Shown here: one piece after another, positions 38,040 to 51,240 of the stretch | Layout of the letters: each line of letters begins with the position of its first letter | Position numbering within the stretch: position 1 is the first letter of the stretch | Assembly (NCBI RefSeq): GCF_009914755.1 | Contig: NC_060926.1 | DNA length: 64,000 nt | Direction: 5' to 3' (one strand) | Source: the human T2T-CHM13v2.0 reference genome, Homo sapiens | The notes under the pieces: model-generated | What the model was told of the DNA's origin: nothing | Databases searched by the model: none | What the model saw: only the letters and a program-made list of their open reading frames with translations | Made by a program: the position numbers and the translations under genes

Positions 38040-41000
38040 GCCATGTTCCTCTAAAATTAGGAAAAAGTCAATGGTTTTTACTGTCACCACTTATATAAAC
38101 CAGTACTGATGGCTCTTGCCAGAGCAACTGGTCAAGAAAAATAAATAAAAGGTACCAAATTGTAAAAGAGGAAACAAAGTTATCCCTGCTTCTGGATGAC
38201 ATGATCTTACAGGTAGGAAACACTAAAGAGTCCACAGAAAATTGTTAGAACTAATAAACAAACTCAGCAAATTTACAGGATACAAAATTATCACACACAA
38301 AATAGTTGTGTTTCTATACATGCTAACAATAAACAACGCCAAAAGAAAATTAAGAAAGCAATTTCATTTATAATATCATCAAAAAATAAAATTCTTAAGC
38401 ATAAACTTGACCAAAGAGGCAAAGACTTGTACAATGAAAACTACAGAATATTACTAAAAGAAATTAAAGATACAAATAAATCCAAAGACACCTGATTTTC
38501 ATGGACTGAAAGACTCATTATTAAATGTACCCAAAGCAATCTACAGATTCAATGTAGTCTCTATTAAAATCTCAATGACACTTAACTTATAACAATATTG
38601 CCTAATCAAAACAGTGTGGTGGTACTGGCATAAAGACAGACATATAGACCCATGGAATGCAGAGAGAGCCTGGAAATAAACCCTCACATATATGGTAAAA
38701 TAATCTTTAACAAGCATGCCAACACCACACAAGAGGGAATGCCTCTTCAAAAAATGGTATTGGGAAAACTAGATATTCATATGCAAAAGAATGAGGTTGG
38801 ACCCTTATTTTATACCATATGCAAAAATTCAAAATGAATTAAAGAAAAATGTAAATGTCAAATTTTAAACTATAAAAATCTAGAAATAAACATAGAGAAG
38901 AAGGTTTGTGATTTTGGATTTGGCAATGATTTCTTGTACATAACACCAAAAGCATTGGCAACAAAAGCAAGGTTAGATAAGTGGAACTACATAAAACTTA
39001 AAATCTTCTGTACATCAAAGGAAAAAATAAACAGTGAAATGCAACCAACAGAATTGGAGAAAATATTTGAAAATCAGATAGCTGATAAGGGGTGTATTAG
39101 TCCATTTTCACAGTGCTGATACAAACATACCCGAGACTTGGTAATTTATACGGGAAAAAGAGTTTAAGGGACTTACAGCTCCATGTGGCTGGGGAAGCCT
39201 CACAAGCATGGTGGAAGGCAAGGAGGAGCAAGTCATGTCTTACATGAATGGCCGCAGGGAAAAAGAGAGCTTGTGCAGGGAAACTCCCATTTTAAAAACC
39301 ATCAAATCTTCTGAGACTCACTTATTATCATGAGAACAGTGCAGGAAAGACCTGCCCCCACAATTAAATCACCTCCCATCAGGTTCCACCCATGACACAT
39401 GGGAATTGTGGGAGTTACAATTAAAGATGTGATTGGGTGCAGATACAGCCAAACCATATCATTCTGCCCCTGACCCCTCCCAAATCTCATGTCCTCACAT
39501 TTCAAAACCAATCATGCCTTCCCAAAAGTCCCCCAAAGTCTTAACTCATTTCACCATTAACTCAAAAGCCCACAGTCCCGTGTGTCATCGGAGATAAGGC
39601 AAGTCCTTTCCACTTATCAGCCTGAAAAATAAAAAGCAATTTAATTACTTCCTAGATAAAATGGGGGTACAGGCATTAGGTAAATATAGCCATTTCAAAT
39701 GGGAGTAATTGGCCAAAACAAAGGGGCTACAGGCACCACGCAAGTCCAAAACTGATCAGGGCAGTCAAATCTTAAAGTTCCAAAATGATCTCCTTTGACT
39801 TCATGTCACACTTCCAGGTCACACTGATACAAGAGGTGGATCCCCATGGTCTTAGGCAGCTTCACCCCTGTGGCTCTGCAGGGTACAGCCTCCCTCCTAG
39901 CTGCTTTCATGGGCTGGCGTTGAGTGTCTCTGCCTTTTCTAGACACACAGTGCAAGCTGTTGGTGGATATTCCATTCTAAGGTCTGGAGGCTGGTGGGCC
40001 TCTTCTCACAGCTCCACTAGGCAGTTCCCCAGTAGGGACTCTGTGTGCGGGCTCCAACCCCACTTTTCCCTTCCACGCCACCATAGCAGAGGTTCTCCAT
40101 GAGACTTCCTCCCCTGCAGCAAACTTCTGCCTGGACATCCAGGCATTTCCATACATCCTCTGAAATTTAAGTAGAGGTTCCAAAACTTCAATTTTTGACC
40201 TTTGTGAACCCACAGGCTCAACACCATATGGAAGCTGCCATGGCTTGAGGCTTGAACCATCTGAAGCCATAGCCCAAGCTGTACCTTTGCCCCTCTTAGT
40301 CATGGCAGGAGCAGCTGGGAAACAGGGCACCAGGGCCCTAGACTGCATACAGCAAGGGGACCCTGGGCCTGGCCCACAAAACCATTTTTTTCTCCTACGT
40401 CAGCTTGCGATGACAGGGGCTGCCATGTAGATCTCTGACATATCCTGGAGACATTTTCCCCATTGTCTTGGGGATTAACATTCAGCTCCTCATTAGTTAT
40501 GCAAATTTCTGCAGCCAGCTTGAATTTCTCCTCAGAAAATGGGTTTTTCTTTTCTATTGCATTGTCAGGCTGGAAATTTTCAGAACTTTCATGCTCTGCT
40601 TCCCTTATAAAACTGAATGCTTTTAACAGCACTCAAGTCACCTCTTGAATGCTTTCCTGCTTAGAAATTTCTTCTGCCGGATACCCTAAATCATCTCTCT
40701 CAAGTCCAAAGTTCCACAAATCTCTAGGGCAGGGGAAAAATGCCGCCAGTCTCTTTGCTAAAACACAAGGGTCACCTCTGCTCCAGTTCCCAAGTTCCTC
40801 ATCTCCATATGAGACCACCTCAGCCTGGACTTTATTGTTCACATCATCAGCATTCTTGCTGAAGCCATTCAACAAGTCTCTAGGAAGTTGTAAACATTCC
40901 CACATTTTCCTATCTTCTTCTGAGCCCTGAAAACTGTTCCAGCCTCTGCCTGTTGCCCAGTTCCAAAGTCACTTCCACATTTTGGGGTATCTTTTCAGCA

Positions 41001-42340
41001 ATACTCCACTCCTGGTACCAATTTACTGTATTAGTTTATTTTCATGCTGCTGATAAAGACATACCCGAGACTAGGTAATTTATACAGGAAAAAGTGTTTA
41101 ACGGCCTTACAATTCCACATGGCTGGGGAAGCCTCACAATCACAGCAGAAGGCAAGGAGGAGCAAATTGTGTCTTACATGGATGGCAGCTAGAAAAAAGA
41201 GAGCTTGTGCAGGGAAACTCCCATTTTTAAAACCATCAGATCTCATGAGACTCATTCACTATTATGAGAACAGAGCAGGGAAGACCTACCCCCATAATTA
41301 AATTACCTCCCCCTGGGTGCCTCCCAGGACATGTGGGAATTGTAGGAGTTATAATTCAAGATGAGATTTAGGTGGGGACACAGCCAAACCATAACAAGGG
41401 GGCTATATTTAGAATATCTAAGAATTTCTACAAATCTACAACAACAGCAACAAAACAAATGACCTGATTTTTAAAAATAGAAAAAGGACTTCAATAGACA
41501 TTTCTCCAAAAAGGGTACACAAATGGCCAAACAAGCAAATGAAAAGATGCTCAACATCATTAATCATTAGAGAAATGCAAATCAAAACCACAGTGAGATA
41601 TCACTTCACACCATTAGGACGCTCACTATCATAAAGACAAAACAAAACAAACATCAGTAATGGAAACCCCAGAAAATACCAAATGATGGTCAGAATGTGG
41701 AAAAATTAGAACATTTGTGCACTGTTGGTGAAAATGTAAAATAATTAAGCCACATAGAAAATACTATGAAGTTTTCCTTAAAAATTGTTAGAAATAGAAT
41801 TACCAAATGACTCATCAATCCCACTTCTTGTTATATATCCAAAAAAATAAAAGCAGGATCTCAAAGCGATACGTGCACATCCATGGTCATTTCAGCATTA
41901 TTTACAATAGCCAAGAAGTGGAAGCAACTCAAACATTCATCAATGGATGAATAGATAAAGAAAGTGTGGTATATATCCCACTGAATATTATTCAGCCTTA
42001 GAAATGGGAAATTCTATTACATGCTACAACATGGATGAATCTAGAGGACATTATGCTAGGTGAAATAAGCCATCAGAAAAAGACAAATACTGTTTGATTC
42101 TACTCATATGAACTATCTAAAGTAGTTAAAGTCATAGAAAATGAAAGAAAGATAGTTGCTAGAGGCTGAAGGGAGGGGGAAATGGGGAAGTGTTCAAGAC
42201 ATTTAGACTTTCAGTTTTGCAAGATAAAAAAGTCTAGACATCTATTGTACGACACAGTGAATACAGTTAACACCACTGAATTACACACTTAAAAATGGTC
42301 AAGGTAGTTAACTAAATTTAATGAGTTTTTACCACAATTG
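38040..42340 (+). mobile_element. 5'-truncated L1MA9/MB-like LINE-1, interrupted by THE1 at 39093-41396
   Basis: ORF2 remnants (ggatgacatgatc; PHIYGKIIFNK; TPKALATKARLDKWNYIKLK); sequence resumes after the provirus; 3' end ...ttttaccacaat. Confidence 0.85.
39093..41396 (-). mobile_element. Full-length THE1B-type MaLR provirus: 3'LTR 39093-39461, internal 39462-41026, 5'LTR 41027-41396
   Basis: Two homologous TG...CA LTRs containing agagagcttgtgcagggaaactccc; polypurine tract next to the 3'LTR; perfect 5-bp TSD agggg (39088-39092, 41397-41401). Confidence 0.95.
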
Positions 42341-42661
42341 GAAATGATAAACAGCAACAAAATAGCCATCCATATTCTATCCTGCTATATCATCATGTAG
42401 CACGTATCGTGATGAAAAGAAATAAGAAGAAATCAAGTTCTTTCTTTCTGTACTACCCCTATAGCAACTATCCATAAATAAGATATTACCTTTAAAATTA
42501 ACTTTTCTTAAATCTCACCTTCATTAACAATTCTATTTGCACTTTTTTCTCCGTATTATTTGCTCATATCATGATTTTGATTTCCCTGTACCAATTAACA
42601 GTAGGAATTTCTCTTTCTCAAGCCAAAAATTTTCATTGCAGTATAGATAGAGATCATACAA

Positions 42662-42668
<7 letters not shown>

Positions 42669-42706
<38 letters not shown>
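42669..42706. repeat. (CA)19 microsatellite
   Basis: Read directly. Confidence 0.97.
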
Positions 42707-42710
<4 letters not shown>

Positions 42711-43968
42711 GAGGTCTGATCTTTTTTTCTGAACTGGCTAGTCATGGTTATTTCTATAGTAAAATATTTAATAAGAAACAAAGAAACAGTAATAAATACC
42801 ATTAGATAATTGGTTGCTTTAAGGTAGAAAGTCTATGATTTCCCCTTTGATAATTAGCTCTACATATCCAATTGTGGGACTTTACACTGAAGTCAATTGA
42901 GGTTCACTAAAATTTTGTATTAATTCACTAACAATTATTCAGGCATTGCAGTAATTTCCTCTCTTAAATGATAACAGATTCCTAATATACTTGGTTGGTT
43001 TATCTGTCCCCTTGGTTACTTACAGTTACAGTCATTATTTTACAAATTAAATTTTCATTCTCTTTGCATTTATGAAAGCATCTTTTATTATGGAGGATGG
43101 CAAAGCATGATATAAACTTTTTCTTATGTAGAAGCAAAGTGGAGATCACAGAGGTATTTTATCACAAATTATGAGATGGGAAATTAGCTAAAAAATGCCA
43201 AATATTGAGATGCTGGATTTTTTTTTTACATCCCTTCTGCCATACTGAGTTGAATAGCTAGGAATCTTAACTCTTTTAGGGAGAGAAGTTGAATGTGAGA
43301 CCCTTTAAAAACACCAGTTCAGCATAATCAGTATAAAGTGATATGAGACAAAAAGAGATTTTAACAAAACAGCAGAGGAGACCAAGCTTAAAACACATTT
43401 CTCAGAATTCTCCTCCCTGTACAGCTCTAGATTCGTTTTCGCCACAGGAGACATTTGCATGCAATTTAGAAGACAGAAGTGAAGAAATAGTCATACATTT
43501 TTATACTTTAAAGCTTGATACAGAGCATCAGGCAGTGTAGCAGCTCAGCAATGAACTAGGGCAGTATTTCCTGAAGCTCCCACCTAAATCCTCCCCTTCA
43601 GTTTATTTTATTATTGGGTTAAGGATATGTGTAACTTACAGTGAAGGACATAACCTTTCCCTCCAGGTAACCAGTCACTGCACCAAGGTTAGAGATGGTG
43701 AGAGACAGACATAGGTCCCAGTTGTTGTCATGAGCTCTAGTTATTGACTTTACACATCCTGGTTTTCTTTAGAGTAGCACTCTGGATGACCAAAACAGCT
43801 TCAGAATCAACACAAGACAGAGGGTACACAGCCTGCTCTAATAGGTCAGTCCCGCAATTGCATAAGGTTTAACTCTTAAAGTAAATCATTCAATACCACT
43901 TGACGATCTGTGGGTATTCTGCTTCTCTGACTAAACCTTGACTAATTACAAGGGTCTGCAAGAAACTT

Positions 43969-44407
43969 TGTAGAGGTAATAAGTCGATTGTACCAATGGT
44001 CCTAATTATCCATGCTTTTTTTCCTGAAATTATACAGTCCCTCCATGCTCTGATTTTGGGTTCAGTCATGTGACTTACTTTAACCACTGAGATATTAGCA
44101 ATATCCAACCTTGAAAAGTATATGCTCATTTTTCCTTGTCATCTTCCACAGTTGAGACTGTTTGCTCTTAGATACCCCACTGAAGGGATTGGGCTGCTGA
44201 AGGGATAGGAGGTATTAAAAACCACTCTAAGCCTAGTCTCCCTTAGCTGGATAATTATTCATGACATGATCAGGCCTCTGTGAGATGAGCCAAACCTAGC
44301 CAAGATTAGCAGAGCAACATGGCTCTATCTTCACGAGAAATGTTTAAAATGTTGATTATTTAAGGAGTTTGGAATGCTTTGTAACATAACAATTGTTAAC
44401 TAATGCA
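43969..44407 (+). mobile_element. Old MLT1 (H/I-like) solo LTR
   Basis: tttgggttcagtcatgtgacttactttaaccactgagat...gccaaacctagccaagattagcag...ttaactaatgca. Confidence 0.6.
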
Positions 44408-44479
44408 GTAAGCACAGATCAACTTACTGCAAAGAAATATTTCCCATATCTAGGGGCTGGAGAACAGGGAGGAAACTAG

Positions 44480-44625
44480 CACTTATTGACTATTCACCAT
44501 TCATGCCTTTCCACGTTTTAAATATATGCTATTATATTTAACACAACAATAGCAACATAAAGGAGATACTCTTTCCCCATTTCATAAATAAAGAGACAGG
44601 CACCAAGTTCTGCTGATTATCTAAA
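44480..44625 (-). mobile_element. MIR fragment
   Basis: acttattgactattcaccat...ccccatttcataaataaagagacaggcac. Confidence 0.5.
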
Positions 44626-47479
44626 TGCAATAAAATATAATGCCAAATAAAATGAAAAAAACACAAGCGAGGAGACATTTAATCTTTAGAAGATGATATG
44701 AGGAATGTTGCAATTACCTGTCTGAATTTCATCATTGGTGGAATGTCCAAAGGTACAAAACAGCAGACAAAATAATGAGAACACATTCTCTGGGAAACAC
44801 AGACAAGTTAAAGGAAGAATGTTTTGTCTCAGCCTTGTTTTGGCCCTGCGCTCAGCCTCACTTTTAACTCATTTTACAACGAGTTTGATAAATTCAGGAC
44901 CAGTACTTAAGCCAAGATCAATACTGTGACTTCCAACATTTCAAATTTATAGAGGAGAAACTATGACTCATAGGGACTGAGTCATTTTTTGAAAGTTAAT
45001 ACAAAGCAACACTTTGTATTAACATAGGGTCATTTTTCCAAAGAGCTCCAAGCATTTGATGTTCTACAAATCTGATTCAGTATTCTTGAAATGCAGAACT
45101 GAGAGATGACACAACTGAAACAGAAAACAGTGAAGTGGCTAAATCTTTGTCTTTAAGATAATCTTTAAATGATAAATGAAATCACCTGAATGAGGTGAAA
45201 GACTGAAAATATAATCAAGACAGTAGCGTGGAGGGAAGGGAAGGGTTGACCACATTTCAGATTTTTAAAGTGTTTAACTCCCCTTCCTAGCTATTTTCTA
45301 TTAAATTAAATTAAATGAAAATAAAATATAATGGTTTTGTAGGAAAATCTCAGAAGTGGCTCCCAGTACTGCTCTGTTAAATTGTTAGGTGAAACCTGGA
45401 CTTAGAGGTACAGTACCTCTGTATACATATTAGGACGACCATGGGCAGAGGACAAGTTACCAGTGGTGCACACATCACATAGATGTGATCCATATGTTAC
45501 TCTCAGATTTCTGTTTCTACTCAGTTGTATTCCCTACAGAAAAAGATATTCATATTCATAAGTGGTTATTTTCTAGATAAAATGAGAAATATAGCTATAA
45601 TAGTGAAATGAGAAATTAAAAAACAAAACAAAACAAAAAAGATGGCTTTTCCTTATCTTTTCCTAGGTAAGGGACCACCTTCAGGCTCTGCTGATAATGG
45701 CCGTGTGGTCTACTTAGTAAAATTCACTTGAAAAACCAGACATCTAAACCCATTTTATTCAGAATTAGAAACTAAAACTGAAACTGAAATTAGAACTGAG
45801 TGACATTTTAAGTTAATTCTTTAACGGCTTATTTGTTGTTCTTTTTCAGTCTGCACAAGCCCATACAAAAATAAAATCTTACTTGTGATTTTATGCAACA
45901 TAAATTATATCTCTTCCACACAGTCCACATAGAAAAGTATATAAATCTATGGCCAGCAAATGTTTGCTATTCCATTACTATGATATTTAGGAGAACACCA
46001 ACACCAGATCCTCAACACTCTCAGTTGGAAATAAATGCACTTTTTTCCCTTCTTATTTTAGCAAAAAAAAAATTTATAAATTCGTTTCACATAAAAATAA
46101 CTAGCTCAGTATAAGGAAAGACTGAAGAATGTTGTAAAATAGAAGGATACAGAAAAGTGGAATTGAGTTTTAGGCATTCGTAAAATATTTGTTCAGAAAT
46201 CTCATATTATGTAAGTCTTTGCTCATTTCTAAGATACACACAAAAAATGTTTGGACAAATAACTATTGAAAGGTTGTCCTGTCTCCATTTTTACCAATAA
46301 TCACTGAACATTCTTGAAACACTTCTGTTCCTCACCTATAGATATTACCACCCAAAACTCAAAATGACAACTGCCCTGTATCCAGTAGATAATTATTAAT
46401 TTTGCTGCAATCACGAAAGAAAATCCGGTAGGTTTAAGCATCATCTCTTATTACTGCACCATCTAAAGGTATCACCTCTAGCAGCAGATTACAGGAAACA
46501 GAACATTTTTTTTCTCTTTGGTTGCTGAGTAGCTGAGTCAGGCCATATGAAGTCAATCGTTGCTATGACAATGTACGAAACAGGGAGAAGATAATATGTT
46601 TGACTACAGATAATTCATTTACCTATAATGACCCTTTTTTGTTTGATATCCATATGCTTACTTGGAAGGGATAGTCATGCATACTTTACCATATAACCAT
46701 TTTAATCATATTTATGAAACAGGTACCCATCATTTTTACTTAAGTAAAAAGATCAGATGATCTACTTGTACTCCGTGAGATTTTTTTTTCACCTCTTCAT
46801 TTATTTTGCTTTCTGGTTAACAGTGGCATGGGTAAATAATACATCTTTATGTCTTCTCTTTCTCCTGTCACAATGTGAAGTAAACTCATATGTTAAGAAT
46901 GTAAATAAGTTTTTACTATGGCATATTGCAATAAACATTTTACTATTCAATAGGAAGTTGAAACACAGTGATATAAGCCAGGCAATGTAAAAGCAACACA
47001 AACTCAGGATTCCCAAGTGTTATAATTCAACCATACGAATTTGTCCTACATTGAAATCATGCACACACATACCTGTACACACAGAAATTTATTTTCAATC
47101 AAATTTTCAGAAACTATCTGTAGCTATTTTTCACATTTATGACTGCAAGTCATCAGTTCACATGGTAGATAATTATTTCCCTCTCCACTCTTATAGTTGA
47201 TTTTATTATAGGAGGTACCATGTTGTGTGCTATATTTACTGGTCAATTCAGAAATTTACAAAGTTAATGTTTGGAAGAATATATCCACAGTCCTTACCAT
47301 GTTACAATGAGGCATATATCTCTAAATATCAAAGATTGAATTCTCTACTTGGCCTAGAAACTCACAGACCAGAAAAACATTCTCAGAAGTGATGCTAGTA
47401 GCTGACCAAATCACTTTGGGAAAAAGAAAAAAAAAAAAAAAACCCTGTTTAGCACAGCATAACATAGGAAAGGAAACAA

Positions 47480-47590
47480 GAAATTTGGATTTTGAATTCT
47501 GGATTTGCTAATTATTTACCCCGTTGAATTAGGAAAAAATATTTAGTTTCTAGAACCAGTAGTTTTCTCATCAGTATAGAGAAAATTGCA
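47480..47590 (+). mobile_element. MIR fragment
   Basis: tggattttgaattctggatttgcta...agttttctcatcagtata. Confidence 0.45.
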
Positions 47591-48412
47591 ATTACATGAA
47601 TAAAAGCACACTAGTATGATGTCCAATTATTAAAATTGGTTAAAACAAAATAAAAAATTAGGAAAATGTGGAAGCCTGATGTGCTATTCTTAAATGCCCG
47701 ATTTACCAACTTCACCTTTAATAAAAGAGAAGAAACCTTGAGAGAATTTTAGACCTCATGTCAACAGTCAATCTCAGGAAACCTAATGAGAAGAGCATCT
47801 CGAAAGCAATTCAGGTTGGTATCATTTGAGTAAATATGACTTCAGAATCAGAAATATATCTGTCAATCACCTTCAACCCTATGTTAATTCAGTAGTAAAC
47901 AAGTAAGCATAGCCCAAGCAGTATTTGTCCAATAGTTAAATCAATATGACTCTTTTCAAAGATTAAAAAATAATACTGGCATAGGTGTCATTTACTGCCT
48001 CCTATATAATTGTGAGAGAAAAGGATATAAGTATTTTGAAGTTGAAAAACTAACATTTGATGGAATGCCACAAATATCCGAATGCTATGGTGAAAATGGA
48101 AGACGAAATGATCATATATGTTCATCTTTCATCTTTCCCCAATCACACTAACATAATAGAAGATATACAGTATAAATCTATAGGATAACAAAGAACAATG
48201 CCATGAGTAGAAGAGAAATGTTTAGAACTTCATGATAATATGAAGGGAGGGGAATTTTATCAACGGTTGACTCCAACAGAGATGATAATCCTCAACATAA
48301 AATGATGGAGGACAGAGGACAATTATGCTAAGTGAAAAAGGTCAGACACAGAAAGACAAATACTACATAATATCACAGACAGACATTGTTTTATGTGTAC
48401 TTCTCTTTATTG

Positions 48413-49357
48413 CTCTGATACTTGTCTACAGTTCCTGGCTCATAACTCCATAACTCCTTTAGTTCTTGTTAAAATGTTGGGACCCTTAAGGTTTCAGAAG
48501 GTCTCAGAAAATACAATCTCTCTCTTTCTCTTTCTCTCTCTATCTGACCTTCTCCTATCCTTCTTTCATTTGCTCCTTTTTCTCCCCAAAGCAGACATCT
48601 TCCCCTACCTTTTTTTTCTTGGAGCTGGCCATAAAGAAATTCTCTGACCTACCTAGTCTGATTTGTAGGTCATAAGACTCTAATTTAAGAAGTCGTGCCC
48701 TGTACCCTGGAGGAACAATGCTGCAGAGAGAGGACAAGAAAAATATGGATAGACAGATTTTGATGGGTTTCTCCACTCAGTCTATTAGTATTAGATCATA
48801 CCCTTTTTGTTTTGTCACATGTCTACACAGTTGGCCATGCTTCATGCCTATACAATGAAGTTTCCAGGAAAGGCTGAAGAGGATGAAATACGGAAGAGCT
48901 TCTGGGTAGCTGAACATCTGCAGTTCCTGGAGGGAACCTCTTCCCACATGCCTGTGCATCCCTTCTTCTGTATCCTTTGTAGTATCTTTACAATAAATTG
49001 GTAAGCATGTTTCCCCGAGTTCTCTGAGTCACTCTCACAAATTAAACCCAAGGAGTGAGCTGTGGGATCCCTAATTTATAGACAGCCAGAAGCACAGGTC
49101 AAACAACCTGGGGCTTGCAATTGGTATCGGGAGTAGGGATCAGGCTTGGGGATGGAGTGCTCAAGTTGTGGGATCAGACACTATCTCCAGGTAGTGTCAG
49201 AACTGAATTGAATTACAGGACACTCAGCGGGTGTCTACCGCAGAATTGATTGCTTGGTGCATAAGGAAAAAAACCTACACACTGGGTCACAGAAATCTTC
49301 AGTGTTGATTGATGTGGTACGACAGCAGAGGAAAATCAGTTTGTGTTTTTCCACACA
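48413..49357 (+). mobile_element. MER21A-like solo LTR inserted in Tigger1
   Basis: gagcttctgggtagctgaaca...caataaattggtaagc...gtgtcagaactgaattgaatt...ccacaca; 4-bp TSD attg (48409-48412, 49358-49361). Confidence 0.8.
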
Positions 49358-49749
49358 ATTGTGCTTCACAAATATTGAATTTTTTACAAGTTGAAAGTTT
49401 GTGGCAACTCTACATGGAACAAGTCTATGGGTGCCATTTTCCAACAGCATGTGCTCACTTCACGTCTCTGTGTCACATTTTGGTAATTCTCACAATATGT
49501 CAAACTTTTTCATTATTATTATAATATCTGTTACAGTGATTGTGATCACTGATCTTTGGTTTTACTATTGTAACTCTTTGGAGAAGCTACTAACAGTGCC
49601 CATATAACACACTGCACGTAGCTGATACATCTTGTGTGTGTTCTGACTTCTCCACAGACCAACAGTTCCTCCATCTCTCCCTCTGTTCTTGGGCCTCCCT
49701 CCCTGAGTCATAATAATATTGAAATTAGGCCAATTAATAGCCGTACAAT

Positions 49750-51240
49750 GGTCTCTGAGTGATTCAAGTTAAAGGAAGAGTTGTATGTTCCTTCCTTTAA
49801 ATAGAAAACTAGAAATGATTAAGCTTAGTGAGAAAGGCATGTCAAAAGCTGAGATAGGCCAAAAGCTAGGCCTCTTCTGAGTAACAATCATCCAAGTGGT
49901 GAATGTAAAAAAAAAAAAAATTTTTCAAAGGAAATTAACAGAAACTCCAGTGAACATATAAGTAATACGAATATAAAACAACCTTATTGATAATATTGGA
50001 GAAAGTTTTAATGGTCTGGATAGAAAACCAAACCATTCATAACACTGTATTAAGCCAAAGCCTAATTGAGAGCAAGGCCCTAACTCTCTTCAATTCTATG
50101 AAGCCTGAGAGAGGTGAGGAAGCAGTGGAAGAAAAGTTTCAAGCTAGCAGAGGTTGGTTCATGAGATTTATGGAAAATAGCTATCTCTACAACATAAAAG
50201 TGCAAGGTGAAGCAGCAAGTACTAATGTTGAAGCTGCAGCAAGTTATCTGAAATATCTACCTAAGATCACTGATGAAAGAAACAACATATTTTCAATGTA
50301 GATAAAACAGCCTTCTATTGGAAGAAGATACCATCTAGGACTCAGCTAGAGAAGAGCAGTCAATGCCTGGCTTCAAATCTTCAAAGGTCAGGCCATGCTG
50401 GGGGCTGATGCAGCTGGTGACTTTAAATGGAAGCCAATGCACACTGACCATTCTGAAAATTCCAGGGCCCTTAAGGATGATGCTAAATCTACTCTGCATG
50501 TGCTCTATAAAAGGAACAACAAAGTCTGGATGACAGAACATTTGTATATAGCATGGTTTACTGAATATTTTAAGCCCACTGCTGAGGCATATTGCTCAGA
50601 ACATTACTGCTCATTGACATTGCACCTAGTCGCCCCATAGCTCTGATGAAGATTAATGTTATTTTCATATGTGTTAACTCAATATCCATTCTGCTGTAGC
50701 TCATGGATCAAGGAGTAATGTTGACTTTCAAGTTGTGTTATTTCAGAAAAACATTTATTAAGGTTATAGCTGCCATAGGTAGTGATTCCTCTGATGGATC
50801 TGCGAGAGGAAATTGAAAACCTTCTGAAAAGGAATCACCACGCTAAATTACATTAAAAACATTTGTGATTCATGGGAGGTCAAAATAGCAACATTAACAG
50901 GAGTTTGGAAGAAGTTATTCTAACCCTTATTAATGAGTTAGTTAATAACCCATTATCATTCTGTTTCTACCACATCTGCAGTAGAATTATAATTAGACCT
51001 AAATTAGAAGTAGAGACTGAAGATATGACAGAATTGATGCAATCTCATGATAAAACTTTAATGGATGATGAGTTACTTCTTATGGATGAGAAAAGAAAGT
51101 GGTTTCTTGAGATGGAAACTACTCGTGGAGAAGATGCTGTGAAAATTGTTGACAATAATGGGCTTAGAATATTACATAAAATTAATTGGTAATCAGCAGT
51201 TTGAGAGGATTGACTCCATTTTTGAAAGAGGTTCTACTGT
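49750..51240 (+). pseudogene. Decayed Tigger1 transposase (CENP-B HTH / DDE family)
   Basis: Fragments [45 protein letters not shown] and LEVETEDMTELMQSHDKTL in different frames with stops. Confidence 0.88.

Noticed and set aside
39785-40930. Dense overlapping ORFs here and at 59843-61382
   Set aside because: Decayed THE1 internal ORF and its antisense; GC-richer sequence has fewer stop codons
49987-51192. Domesticated transposase gene (TIGD1-like)
   Set aside because: The reading frame is broken by several stops, frameshifts and a rearrangement; it is an ordinary fossil
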